Notes: a model not told the origin generated them from the sequence alone. DNA of 64,000 nucleotides from an uncultured Candidatus Binatia bacterium (GCA_965218425.1 OZ244621.1:3232001-3296000), one strand, 5' to 3'. Counted from the stretch's first letter, positions 30,909 through 41,453 are shown. Numbers and translations are program-made.

Positions 30909-31187
30909 CTATTTGGAGGTCAACTCCCGTATAATCCGTTCCGGTCCGCCTTCAGGCATCGTGGCGAATGAAGGAAGCTTCGGATCCACGTAGTCCCATG
31001 AGGGTGCGCGGCTGGTGTATAGGATCATCTGGGGCTTGACCCTCTCCGGATCATCCAGGCTCGAAGCACGTGGGAATACCATTCCTGGCATGCCGGAATT
31101 TTTGGAATAGATGGGCGAGCCACAGGTAGGGCAGAAGCCGCGACTCACCATGTTCCCGCTATCAGCGGGGCGATCGTAGAATTTCAC
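30909..31187 (-). pseudogene. GFA-family protein lacking its N-terminal half
   Basis: SGNMVSRGFCPTCGSPIY...SLDDP present; N-terminal CxC/CxCxxC absent. Confidence 0.8.
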
Positions 31188-31189
31188 TA

Positions 31190-31507
31190 TTGGATATTTT
31201 AGGCGACCGGTGGACCCTCGTTTTGGTGCGGGATCTGCTGACGGGAAAAAAACGGTTCGCGGAGTTTCTTGAGTCCCCCGAACGTATTACCACGAGCATT
31301 CTCAGCGACCGGCTGTTGCTGATGGAGAAAATGGGCCTGATTCGAAAGGTCCAGTATCAGAACAATCCCATACGGTTCGACTACAAACTGACTAAAAAAG
31401 GCCTGGGATTGCTTCCCGTTGTTCAAGAAATTTGCCGGTGGGCCAACCGCTTTATTCCCGGTACCTGGAAACCTCCTGAGAGTTTCCTGAAGCGCACGAT
31501 TAAATAG
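31190..31507 (+). pseudogene. HxlR-family winged-helix regulator, 5'-truncated
   Basis: LDILGDRWTLVLVRDL..GKKRF..Y.LTKKG; no RBS; abuts the GFA fragment with a 2-bp gap. Confidence 0.7.
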
Positions 31508-31558
31508 GGCTTTGCAGATCAAGGGCCGCATAAGAATGTTTCGGTCCGGCGCAACGAT

Positions 31559-32452
31559 TTATCCGGGTTTGGCGGGTGGTGGCGGAATGGGTTCATCCGC
31601 CGGTAGCTTGGAAATAATCTCTTCAGCGATACCCATTTGCTCCACAAGAAACTTCACTCTCTCCGTGCTTTTCATGAACTCACTGGTTGTCTGACCGTCT
31701 GCCCTTATGGTGATCTTCCGATCCGCAACGACTCCCGTGACCTGATCCTGAGTATTGCTCCTGGCATAGAGGAAATAGTTGAAGGGACTCCAGGCACGTG
31801 TACCCTGGTAGTACCGATCAAAGGTAGACGTAGATACGTCCATCGAATCGATGCGGCACCATATGCCTTCGAGGCGATGGAGAGGGCGCCAGAAAATTTG
31901 CCACTGTTCAGCACGTCTTTCGAGCTGGACCCGTGCGGCCGGATGCCCGGCCTCACTGGGGGAGCTATCCAGCAATGGGAGCGGATGCTCGGTTAGCATG
32001 GAGCCATCCACCAGATAGTGGCGGCCTTCGAGTGTGACAATAACGGTGCCGTGATTGGGACCACGGACCGTTGGCGAGGTCAGCATCGTGCCGGAGGCCC
32101 TTTTCACATCAAAACCCAATGAATGTAAGAGGTCGTGCAACGCGTGGCTAACTGCCCAACAGGTGCCTCCTGTGCCGTGAGCGAGCCATTCGGTGAAGAA
32201 GTCTTTTGCTGTGTGGCTGGGCATTGGCCCTAAGCCACCGGCGGAAAGGTACATTCGCTTCTGCAAGTTATCAAAAGGTACCTTGCGGCACCATCGATTA
32301 AACAGGATTTCCAGACTTTTCAGATTGTTTCCGGAGTGGTTTTGAAGGCCTAACTTCTCGAGCACCCGTTCAACTAGCTCTGTTGTGATGGTCCCGTCTC
32401 CCAATTGCGTCGCCAGGTATCGGTATCTTATTTGGATATGGGCATATGTCAA
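31559..32452 (-). CDS. Arylamine N-acetyltransferase family
   Basis: VPFDN, GGTCW (Cys), PNHG (His), LVDG (Asp); start uncertain. Confidence 0.85.
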   Translation of the reverse strand: MTYAHIQIRYRYLATQLGDGTITTELVERVLEKLGLQNHSGNNLKSLEILFNRWCRKVPFDNLQKRMYLSAGGLGPMPSHTAKDFFTEWLAHGTGGTCWAVSHALHDLLHSLGFDVKRASGTMLTSPTVRGPNHGTVIVTLEGRHYLVDGSMLTEHPLPLLDSSPSEAGHPAARVQLERRAEQWQIFWRPLHRLEGIWCRIDSMDVSTSTFDRYYQGTRAWSPFNYFLYARSNTQDQVTGVVADRKITIRADGQTTSEFMKSTERVKFLVEQMGIAEEIISKLPADEPIPPPPAKPG

Positions 32453-32460
32453 TCCGCGAA

Positions 32461-32987
32461 TTACCCTATGGCTTCATGGCTCCAAGGTTTGTTAAATGGC
32501 AGGTCGATTAGGGCTTCCAATACGAGCACCAGGGTATCAGCGAACCAGAGTTCATCCACCTTGGCATCGAGAAACCACGCTTTGTTACTGTTTACTACCG
32601 CGCGACTGATGGTGATTTCAGGTAGGCCTTTTGATTTTTTGTAGGAGACCATGGAATACAGTATAAACGGATTTTTTCCAGGCGACCTAGGCGCCTTTTC
32701 GCGATGATCTGGTAATCGGGATAAACGCCGGGTATGGAAGCCACAGCACGACCGTAATAGGCATGGGGGAGTATCTGGGAAGGGGACATGCGCCTTATAT
32801 TGAGCTCTTGCCCGTTTTTCAGACGTATTTGCTTGGAATTGTTCTCAACGATTGACCCGAGCGATATAAAGCAGATGGAAATCAAAGTTCTCATTGGCTT
32901 TGGAATGACTGAAAAGGTGGCTGGCATAATCAAAGGTACCTTTATTGACCCTGAGATAAATTTTACTGCGATTCTGAACCTGGGCAA
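32461..32987 (-). other. Possible frameshifted remnant of an unknown gene
   Basis: Two overlapping minus-strand ORFs (32595..32987, 32461..32652) in a lower-GC stretch; no family recognised. Confidence 0.3.
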
Positions 32988-33103
32988 AGGGAATTCAAAA
33001 GGTCATGGGGCTTACAGCCCATAATGCCTTGGATGATTGACAGATTGTTTGCCAATCATTACAAAGGGGGCTGAAAAAAACCAAATGGTTTAGGGGGATA
33101 CTC

Positions 33104-34045
33104 ATGAGTGAGACCGGATCTTCAACGGCAGCCTCGGCGGAGCAGGATCCCATCAAGGGAAAGGGCCCGTTTGTTTGGCTCCACATGGACCAGAAGGAAC
33201 TCGATGATGCCTACGATCAGGCCTGTTGGGCGCCCAATCGCGAGCACCTCCAGAAGCGCCGCCGTGTTGCGAGCGAACAGGCCATCGCCCGCGTGGGGTC
33301 GCCCAAGCGTGTGGCCTACGGACCCACGGAGATCGAAAAACTCGACATTTACCAATCCAGTAGACCCAATGCACCGATTAACGTCTTCATCCATGGCGGC
33401 GCGTGGCGTGGCGGCTTTGCCAGGGATTCCGCTTACATGGCTGAAATGTACCTTGCCGCTGGCGCGCATCTTGTCATCCCGGATTTCGTCTGGGTTCAGG
33501 ATGCGGGGGACAGTCTGATGCCTATGGCCGATCAGGTTCGCCGCGCGGTGGCATGGGTCTATAAGAACGCTACGAGCTTCGGTGGCGACCCGAATCGCCT
33601 CTATATTTCGGGCCACTCCTCGGGCGGCCATCTCGGCGGCGTGGTTGTGATCACGGATTGGAAAAAGGACTTTGAACTGCCAGCCGACATCATCAAAGGG
33701 GCCTTGCTGATCAGCGGCATGTACGATCTGAAGGCGGTGCGCCTCTCAAAAAGGAGTAAATACGTTAATTTCGACGACCGGACAGTGGAGGCCCTAAGCG
33801 CCGAACGCCATATCGATATGATTAATATGCCTCTGATCATTGCCCATGGTTCGCTTGAGTCGCCGGAGTTCCAGCGTCAATCTCGCGACTTTGCCGCAGC
33901 GGTGAAGGCTGAGGGCAAACCGGTGGAATTCATCGTGGGACAGGGGTTCAATCACTTTGAAATGCAGGAGACCATGGGAAATCCCTTTGGCCTGGGCGGC
34001 CGGGCCGCGCTGTCGATGATGAAGCTAAAAATCGGAGAGACTTGA
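33104..34045 (+). CDS. Arylformamidase-like alpha/beta hydrolase
   Basis: ELDDAYDQ, FIHGGAW, GHSSGG, ESPEFQRQS, NHFE. Confidence 0.88.
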   Translation: MSETGSSTAASAEQDPIKGKGPFVWLHMDQKELDDAYDQACWAPNREHLQKRRRVASEQAIARVGSPKRVAYGPTEIEKLDIYQSSRPNAPINVFIHGGAWRGGFARDSAYMAEMYLAAGAHLVIPDFVWVQDAGDSLMPMADQVRRAVAWVYKNATSFGGDPNRLYISGHSSGGHLGGVVVITDWKKDFELPADIIKGALLISGMYDLKAVRLSKRSKYVNFDDRTVEALSAERHIDMINMPLIIAHGSLESPEFQRQSRDFAAAVKAEGKPVEFIVGQGFNHFEMQETMGNPFGLGGRAALSMMKLKIGET

Positions 34046-34603
34046 GGCCAGACTTAGAAAAGCAATTAATAATTAATTCTTAACGATTCGGATGATTTGG
34101 GGATTGTTTGGTAGCCCAATCAAACCCTCAAAACCCTGCCCCGACGCTTGAACGATAAAGCAGGTTTGCAGCGGATCCGCCAGAGAGGTTATTCCGGAAA
34201 GGAATATGCCACCGATGGCAAAGCGGCCTACGATTGGTTTGAAGTGTTGCCCTAGTGACCTAAACGATAACGGCGACTTATTGTCGAATGACCGATCCCT
34301 AAGCAAATGCCAGACGCAGTATACCGAGACGGTAAAAAGAACTGGTATGATAATTTTAATGGATTCAGTGTAAGTCTGAGCAACAGCGTAACTCTCTCAG
34401 TTAAAACCCTAAGTGCTTGATCTCAATCTCTAAATACCGGTTATATTCTTGTTCACATTCCTGATTTTAGGGCGGATTGTGCTGCTGTTTTGATGGTTAG
34501 CAATAAAAAAACTTAAGGGTGAGTGAGTATGTGATCTTATAACGTTGAAAGTGGGGGTCTTTGGTTTGAGAAGTTGTATTATTAAACAGATTACCCGTGT
34601 CTG

Positions 34604-35842
34604 CTAGCGCGCTATGAAGCGTGGGGTGGAGGTGCCGCCTTTCGTTGCAGGCAATGCCATTACGATTGCCAAGGTCACTCCGAACATCACCGCTGCCAAG
34701 TAGAAGGTGGCGATGATACCTGCCACTGCCGCAAGCGCGCCTGCCAGGACTGGTGCTGCGCTCCCGAGGGCCATTCCTGTGAGGAACTGTGCAGCCGTTA
34801 CCGAGCTGTGAAGTTCCCGTGGCGCGATATCCAGGCCCAGGGCGCCTAACAGCACGGCTGAACTGAACAGAAAGAGACCTATGAGGCTCACCACGGCCAG
34901 CAGCGACCATGGGCCGTCCACCAGCGCAAGAAGCGGGGTCATGGACACTAGCACGATGACACCGGGCAGGAGGGTGGCCTTGCGGCTGGTACGGTCGGAG
35001 AGGTACCCAAGCACGGGTTGCGACACCAGGCTGAGCCCCATCAAAAGGGCGAGCAAGACCCCGACGAAGCTAGGCCCCAGACCCAAGTTGTCCCTCGCAT
35101 AGATGGGCACAAATGTTAGAAGGATGTTCTGTCCCGCCGATCTCGTGGCCGCAGCCATGATCGACAGGAGCAGTGGCCGGTGTCCCATGGCCTGGCGCAG
35201 TGCGTTGAAGTAGCCGGACAACGAAACATGGCCCCGTTTATCCCCAACGCCGGTGCCTCGCACCACCAAAAAGAACGCACTCGCCAGGACAATGGCAGGC
35301 GGCAAGCTGGCCTGGAAAATTTTGTCCCGCGAAACGATGAGTAAGAGTGCGCCTACAACCAATGGCCCGGACAGGTCACCCACGCTGGCGCCTATGCCGT
35401 GGATGGCGATCACCGATCCACGTCGGGTGGGAAACTGAGTGGACAGAAGTCCCACCGCTGGGGGATGCCAGAGGGCGGGGGCGACTCCCAGGACCGCCGC
35501 GAAAATAATGATCCACGTTTGATTCGGTGCAATGCCGATGAGAAAGTACGCCCCTCCGTACCAAAGCAAACTCGCAGCCATGAACTGCGTGCGGCGGTGG
35601 GCGTACCGATCCGCCACCATCCCCATGGGAATGTTGGCCACCGCGCCGGAAAGGCTGCGCATACCCATGATGGTTCCCGCGGCCAGGGGGCTGAGTCCCG
35701 TGCTGGCCACGAGTTCAGCCAGAAGCAGGGGAAACGCTTGTGTAAACCAGTGAACAACCGCGTGCCCGCATGCGATACTCCCCAGCAGAGTCAGGTTGCG
35801 CGGGCTGGTGAGGCTGGTATCTTGCTCCTGGGTGTTATCCAT
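34604..35842 (-). CDS. MFS transporter (Fsr-like)
   Basis: GHAVVHW, GMVADRY, LWHPPA, GYLSDRTSRK; ATG 35842 preferred. Confidence 0.87.
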   Translation of the reverse strand: MDNTQEQDTSLTSPRNLTLLGSIACGHAVVHWFTQAFPLLLAELVASTGLSPLAAGTIMGMRSLSGAVANIPMGMVADRYAHRRTQFMAASLLWYGGAYFLIGIAPNQTWIIIFAAVLGVAPALWHPPAVGLLSTQFPTRRGSVIAIHGIGASVGDLSGPLVVGALLLIVSRDKIFQASLPPAIVLASAFFLVVRGTGVGDKRGHVSLSGYFNALRQAMGHRPLLLSIMAAATRSAGQNILLTFVPIYARDNLGLGPSFVGVLLALLMGLSLVSQPVLGYLSDRTSRKATLLPGVIVLVSMTPLLALVDGPWSLLAVVSLIGLFLFSSAVLLGALGLDIAPRELHSSVTAAQFLTGMALGSAAPVLAGALAAVAGIIATFYLAAVMFGVTLAIVMALPATKGGTSTPRFIAR

Positions 35843-35889
35843 GGTGGAAAAGGGCAGCGGACCAAAAGATCCGTGACCGTGAGGCTTGC

Positions 35890-36369
35890 CTACTGTAGCG
35901 GTAAATGGGTATGCACTTCCAGCAATCGAGTATCCAGTACGACCCGTCGCTTTTGAAATAGCCATGAGCCATTGGTTCCCACGACCTCGTCCTCGCTGTG
36001 ACCCACCGCATATAAACTCGTCCTTCCCGCCTCGGTGGTACGGTAGACCACGAAATTTGACCTAGCCGTTGCAGCTTTACCACGGAGGTTTATATGGATG
36101 TTCGACACCATATGAATTCGCTTTGCCGTATCAAGCACATAATTGGGCACCAGGGTCATTCTCTTTACCAGCTCATCTTTGTTGAGCTTTATCATGTAAT
36201 CGTCGACACCGCCTATTTCCTTGTTATGAAACAACATCTCGTATCGTGCTGTTTCTGTGAAGAGTTCAGTCCATTCCCCGACTCGTCCTTCGTCGAGCAA
36301 ATGAGCTGCGCTAAAAAGTAGCGCCTCTACTGCGTGATAGGACGCCCAGTCTGATGGTGCGGCTGCCAT
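35890..36369 (-). CDS. Rieske oxygenase beta subunit (MsmB-like, NTF2 fold)
   Basis: LLDE...W..LF, HMVSN, YRT..G.T.LYAVG, RRVVLDTRLL..HLP. Confidence 0.8.
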   Translation of the reverse strand: MAAAPSDWASYHAVEALLFSAAHLLDEGRVGEWTELFTETARYEMLFHNKEIGGVDDYMIKLNKDELVKRMTLVPNYVLDTAKRIHMVSNIHINLRGKAATARSNFVVYRTTEAGRTSLYAVGHSEDEVVGTNGSWLFQKRRVVLDTRLLEVHTHLPLQ

Positions 36370-36659
36370 GGAGAAATTCGCCAATGCCAATAAAGCGGAT
36401 TTTTCGCTGAAAGGATAGCCAAGAGTTTTGCCGCTCATGTCTTATCGAAGAGACCACCGAGCGAGGCCAGCGCCTTCCAGGGAATCCAGCGACTTATAGT
36501 TCTGATCCCAGGGCAGTGTCAAGGCTCACGGGTCAGGCATTTGAGAATCTTGAGTGTTCATTTACATTTTGGTGTATTACAATAACGCGATAACCAACAG
36601 CCGACTGCCCCTGTGAAAGCCAACCACTGCGGGCTGGCCTTGGAAGGGAGGTATCTTAT

Positions 36660-37901
36660 ATGAGCTTTGACGGGCGAGGTGTAAGACCTGAGAAGGTCCC
36701 CAATCTGCCTCGGACTCATTTTATCGATACTCGAATCTATACCGATCCAATAATTTTTGAAGAGGAGCGGTCAAAGATCTTCGCCAATGTATGGAATTTC
36801 GTGTGTCATGAAAGTGAGCTTCCCGACCCGGGGTGTTTCCGGACAGCGATCATTGCCGATTTTCCCCTGTTAATTGTTCGGCAGGAGGATGGGGGTATCA
36901 AAGGTTTCTACAATATTTGCAGGCATCGGCAGGCACAGGTGGTGAGGTCGTGCAGCGGCCAGGCTAAAGCCTTTCAGTGCTTTTATCATCTGTGGACCTA
37001 TGGGTTAGATGGTCGGCTCTTGGGGGTGACGTTGCCAGAGGGTTATGAAAACACCGGGTTCCATGCGGCGGATTATGGCTTGAGGGAGGTCCGGGCTGAA
37101 ATGGTGGCGGGACTGGTCTTTGTGTGTCTCAGTGACGAAACGGAATCTCTGCGGGAGTATTTGGGAGAGGTCGCCTCGGTGCTTGAAAGGTATGCTTCCC
37201 CTGAGGGGTTTGAGGTGTTTCACCTCCACCAGTCGGAAATCAAGACCAATTGGAAGCTTTTTTTCGAAAACAATTCGGAAAGATACCACACGGCTCTCCA
37301 TTGGGCACACAGGAATCGGGCCAATTGGGGTAAACCGGGGGGACCTGCGGATGGGTGGACCTTCGTTGGGAACGGTCATAACTACACCCCCTTTGATCGG
37401 GGTAAACACATGGGGCAAAGCAAGAGTATCGGGCTTGAAGAGCGGGATAGGTTTACCCTACCTGGGCACCGGGGAAATGTAACTAGCTCTCATCATCTGT
37501 TCCCTGACCTGCTGCTGGTTACCATAACCACCGTCCTCAGGATCGATCATCTGATACCTTTAGGTCCAGGCCGCACCTTAGCCGAGTGGCGCGGGCTCGG
37601 AGTGAAAGGGGAGCCGCCGGAAGTTCGAAACCTTAGGATCAAGCATCACAATGAGTTTTGGGGTTACTCGGGCGCAAATTTACCCGAGGATATTTCGGCT
37701 GCAGAATCGCAATGGCCCATGATGGCTGCAGGCGCGGTAAGATACAGCGTTATTGCAAGGGAGGGAGAATCCTTCAGCGACGAAGCCTTGCGCCATTATT
37801 ACAAAGAGTGGAGCCGCCGCATGGGCCGGAGTTATTGGGATCCGTTCGGGGAGCTTAAGGATTCAAGTCCAATGGGTTTCAAGGCATCAACCAATGGGTG
37901 A
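36660..37901 (+). CDS. Rieske non-heme iron oxygenase alpha subunit (MsmA-like)
   Basis: CRH-x17-CFYH; NWK...NSERYHTALH; RGLG..HN.FWG..G.NL.ED; RHYY.EWSRRMGR. Confidence 0.88.
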   Translation: MSFDGRGVRPEKVPNLPRTHFIDTRIYTDPIIFEEERSKIFANVWNFVCHESELPDPGCFRTAIIADFPLLIVRQEDGGIKGFYNICRHRQAQVVRSCSGQAKAFQCFYHLWTYGLDGRLLGVTLPEGYENTGFHAADYGLREVRAEMVAGLVFVCLSDETESLREYLGEVASVLERYASPEGFEVFHLHQSEIKTNWKLFFENNSERYHTALHWAHRNRANWGKPGGPADGWTFVGNGHNYTPFDRGKHMGQSKSIGLEERDRFTLPGHRGNVTSSHHLFPDLLLVTITTVLRIDHLIPLGPGRTLAEWRGLGVKGEPPEVRNLRIKHHNEFWGYSGANLPEDISAAESQWPMMAAGAVRYSVIAREGESFSDEALRHYYKEWSRRMGRSYWDPFGELKDSSPMGFKASTNG

Positions 37902-37954
37902 CCGGTGAGCCCCACCCAGGTGGAGCCGCCAATGGTTGTGGCTGACAGCGACGT

Positions 37955-39073
37955 TCAGTCACGGATGTCCTGGAGAAACCATTGGGTGGGGAGCTCACGT
38001 CCAAGTCCGGCCTCGCGAGCCTTTCGATAGACTACGGATCCAACCGCCGCAAACTGAAGCCCCTGGTTTCCACCGTTCAGATACAGGGTGATGTCGTCTG
38101 CTGACTGGCGTGTTCCGCCTTTACCCGCCACCAGGTCAGTGAATGTTGGGTAGCGCTCGGCGACTCCCATTCGTCCCAATTGATGCCCAGGCTCCGGCAA
38201 CCGAGCCATTTCCCGATCGTTACCGGCTACGTAGGCCACAGGGCTATGGCCCCGACCGTACTGAATACGCGGGTTGTCCTCCGCGAGCCTTGCACCGCCC
38301 ACACCCTGGCGAATGATGGCCGTGGCCCGCTGAAAGACTTCGTCATCGAGCTCGTACCCGCCGAGGTTAGTGACGTGCATGCCGGGCGTAAGCCACTGGC
38401 CCTTTAGCACCGGCGACATGGTGTCCGTGCAGGTGGAGACAATGTCCGCGCCGCGTACCGCGCTCTCGGCATCGCCCACTGGCTCCACCTCGATGTTGAG
38501 CATTTCACTCATCTGTGAGGCGTAGTTCTCTCTATGGTCTTTGGTGGGACTGAAAACGCGAACCTTGCGGATGTCTCGCTCGTTGCAAAACGCTGCGAGG
38601 TAAGTGCGGGCCATGCCACCTGAGCCGAGCATCGCCACCACCCGGGAGTCTTCTCGCGACATGTACCGCACTCCGAGGCCGGCACCACCCCCAACCCGCA
38701 TGTGCTGCAGATGGCCGTCATTGATCATGGCCAGGGGCTCACCGTTCACGGTGCTGAAAAGAAAGATCAGCCCGCAGTAGGTGCCGGGCTCAACGCAATA
38801 CTTCTCCTCGGTCCAGTTGCCCGCCCTGTCCACCGGCCACGAAATCACGTCCGACTTCATACGGATGGCGAAGACGCCGAGGTCGCGGCTTGCGCCTTCC
38901 ATGGTGCCCCAGCGGTAATAGTCTTCCTCACGACCCGTGGGAACATAGACGTCGATGCGAGGGCGGTGGATGGAGCCGCCGTCCACGAGTCCTCGGAACG
39001 CTTTGTCTAAGGAGTCGATGGTGTCGGAGATGTTCAGTATCTGACTAACGGTCTCGTTGTCTATGAACAGCAT
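37955..39073 (-). CDS. Ornithine cyclodeaminase/mu-crystallin family
   Basis: IRMKSD, NDGHLQHMRV, LGSGGMA, GLQFAA, WFLQDIRD. Confidence 0.87.
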   Translation of the reverse strand: MLFIDNETVSQILNISDTIDSLDKAFRGLVDGGSIHRPRIDVYVPTGREEDYYRWGTMEGASRDLGVFAIRMKSDVISWPVDRAGNWTEEKYCVEPGTYCGLIFLFSTVNGEPLAMINDGHLQHMRVGGGAGLGVRYMSREDSRVVAMLGSGGMARTYLAAFCNERDIRKVRVFSPTKDHRENYASQMSEMLNIEVEPVGDAESAVRGADIVSTCTDTMSPVLKGQWLTPGMHVTNLGGYELDDEVFQRATAIIRQGVGGARLAEDNPRIQYGRGHSPVAYVAGNDREMARLPEPGHQLGRMGVAERYPTFTDLVAGKGGTRQSADDITLYLNGGNQGLQFAAVGSVVYRKAREAGLGRELPTQWFLQDIRD

Positions 39074-39135
39074 CGCCTCGGACCTCCTTCATCTGCTTTT
39101 CTGGACCTGTCCAACTAGACTCCGGAAAAATTCAG

Positions 39136-40647
39136 TTACGCCACCTCTTTGACAGAATCCGATAACCGCTCACCGATCATAATCGAGGTGAGGTTGGTGT
39201 TGGCGTGGCTCACGGTGGGCATGATGGAGGCATCGCCAACCCACAGGTTCTCCATGCCGTGGACCCGAAGCTTTTCATCCACCACCGCCATGGGGTTCGA
39301 AGCGGGACCCATCATGCAGGTTCCCGCCCCGTGGTGGTAGCTGTCGTATGTGGAGCGTGCGAATTTGCCCCATTGGTCATCGGGCCCGGGTTGAATGAGG
39401 GGGCCGTAAAATTCCGTCGCCGGCCCTTTGTGTACCATTTCATCGATGAAGTGCATTGCTTCCACCATGGCTTTCAAATCTTCTGGATGTTCCAGCATTT
39501 GTGAGTCCACGCCGGGTAGTTCGTCGGGGTCCTTGCTTTTAAGATAAACCCGACCGCGATTGCGCTGCTCCAGTAAATAGGCGGTAACGGGCATCATGCG
39601 CTTAATACCCGGGATCTCCGTAGATGGCCGCATAATAATGTGAAAATTGCCGCAGTCGTAAATAGGATTCTTTTTGATGATGAGACGAAAGCGTGGGACT
39701 ACCCAATCCGCATTGAAAGATTTCGGCCCCTCGAAGGTCATGACCACCCCGGGATGATCGTGATAGTTTTCTCCGATGCCCGGCATGTCATGGACCAGCG
39801 GGATGTCATGCTTTTTCAGCTCCGGATGGGGTCCTACGCCGGAGAGCATAAGGATTTGCGGAGAATGGTAGACTCCGGCGGTCAGCAGAATTTGCCCACC
39901 CATGACGGTGTGCTCTCGGCCGTCTTTTTTATAGCAAACGCCTTCGGCTTTCTTTCCGGATAGCACCAATGACTGTGTGAGAGCCCCGGCAACGATGGTC
40001 AGGTTCGGCCGATTCCGTGCGCTATCGAGGTAAGCCACCACCGTGGACTGACGCTTCCCATCCTTAATGTTGTAGGGGGACTCACATACGCCGTAGGGTT
40101 CGGGCACGTTCAAGTCCGGGCATTTCGGCAAACCCATGGCGTAGGCGCTGGCGAGATAGGCTTCCACGGGTGGGGTCGTGGGCATGTCCAGCTTATAATT
40201 GCGTTTAACATAGAGGGGTCCACTATTGCCGTGGATTGGACTATCTGGATAATCCTGATCCGATTCGATCCGCTTCATGACCGGCAAACATTTTTCATAG
40301 GACCAGTCGGGATTTCCCAGCTTCACCCAGTTTTCCAGATCGGCTTTCATGGGGCGTGGCGCCGACATTACATTAACCGAGGAGCCGCCCCCCATGATTT
40401 TCCCTGACAATGCGTAGTAGGTGCTGCCGTCCACGTGTCGTTCACCGGGATACATGCGTAAAAAATCAGATTCCAACAATAGACGCGTCTGCTTGTCCGC
40501 ATCGGCCACTAGCTCGGGCAGGGGCCAAGGATCCGGGCCAGCTTCCAGCAGTAAAACCTTTCTTTTGGGATCCTCCGAAAGCCGGGTTGCAGCCACGCAA
40601 CCCGCCGATCCTCCCCCCACAATGATCACGTCATATGCATCCGCCAT
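39136..40647 (-). CDS. GMC oxidoreductase (choline dehydrogenase-like)
   Basis: GGGSAG, GGGSSVN, SPQILMLSGVG, HGAGTCMMG, DASIMP..ANTN. Confidence 0.92.
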   Translation of the reverse strand: MADAYDVIIVGGGSAGCVAATRLSEDPKRKVLLLEAGPDPWPLPELVADADKQTRLLLESDFLRMYPGERHVDGSTYYALSGKIMGGGSSVNVMSAPRPMKADLENWVKLGNPDWSYEKCLPVMKRIESDQDYPDSPIHGNSGPLYVKRNYKLDMPTTPPVEAYLASAYAMGLPKCPDLNVPEPYGVCESPYNIKDGKRQSTVVAYLDSARNRPNLTIVAGALTQSLVLSGKKAEGVCYKKDGREHTVMGGQILLTAGVYHSPQILMLSGVGPHPELKKHDIPLVHDMPGIGENYHDHPGVVMTFEGPKSFNADWVVPRFRLIIKKNPIYDCGNFHIIMRPSTEIPGIKRMMPVTAYLLEQRNRGRVYLKSKDPDELPGVDSQMLEHPEDLKAMVEAMHFIDEMVHKGPATEFYGPLIQPGPDDQWGKFARSTYDSYHHGAGTCMMGPASNPMAVVDEKLRVHGMENLWVGDASIMPTVSHANTNLTSIMIGERLSDSVKEVA

Positions 40648-40681
40648 AATGGACCCTCCTCCATTGGATTCGAGCCGCCCA

Positions 40682-41128
40682 CTAATCGGCGAGCCCTTTA
40701 TTCAAGCGCCGCGCGAACTCCTGGAGTATCAATGTGGCCGTTGCCCTGAGAATCATCTCACCGAGAATGGCAAGGCGGCCATTGATTTTCACGTCGGCTT
40801 TATAGTTCATCTCCGTATTGTTTGCCGCAACTTTGGTCAAATCAACCGTCATATCGGCGGTGACATTGCTCTTTGTGACCGAATCCGTTCCTTCCGTTCG
40901 GACCGCCATCCGCTCCGGTGGTTGACTGTCCAGAATCGTGGAGCGGAAGTTGAACTTCCCCGAAATAGGTCCCACCGTGGCCGCCAACGTGCCCTCGAAG
41001 GTTTTGTCGTCAATTTGCCTGACCTCTTCGATGCCGGGCAAGCAGGTGGTGAATTTGTCGATATCGATCAAGAAGTCCCAGACGTTTTCTATGGCAACCT
41101 CGATGTCAATCTTCCCTTCGAAATTCAT
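40682..41128 (-). CDS. CoxG-like SRPBCC protein
   Basis: VWDFL.D....CLPG, VGPI, GRLAILG. Confidence 0.85.
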   Translation of the reverse strand: MNFEGKIDIEVAIENVWDFLIDIDKFTTCLPGIEEVRQIDDKTFEGTLAATVGPISGKFNFRSTILDSQPPERMAVRTEGTDSVTKSNVTADMTVDLTKVAANNTEMNYKADVKINGRLAILGEMILRATATLILQEFARRLNKGLAD

Positions 41129-41184
41129 GGAACTTGCACTAATATCCGATAAGCCACGATGGTGTCAAACCAGGCGTCCTCGTA

Positions 41185-41412
41185 TTTCCCCGGGCAAAGA
41201 TCCCATCGTCTAGCTTGGCCGTCAGAACCTTGAGCCCAAACTCCTTGCATTGTGATCGTACTCGTCACTGGCATCCACGTACTGGGCTCCCATTTCGGCA
41301 TGGAGACCATCGGCAAAGGAATCGCGGTAGGTTCTGACCCTTCCGCCTGCCGGCTGCGGGCCTCGAGGACAGTGACTCCAAAACCGGCTTTATGGAGCTC
41401 ATAGGCCGCTGT
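41185..41412 (-). pseudogene. Frameshifted remnant of a flavin monoamine oxidase
   Basis: Joining frames by hand gives AAYELHKAGFGVTVLEARSR/GGRVRTYRDSFADGLHAEMGAQYV; not called as such in the ORF track. Confidence 0.75.
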
Positions 41413-41453
41413 CCCATGCGGTGTCGGATTGCAAGACCTGAGACCGGTTACTC

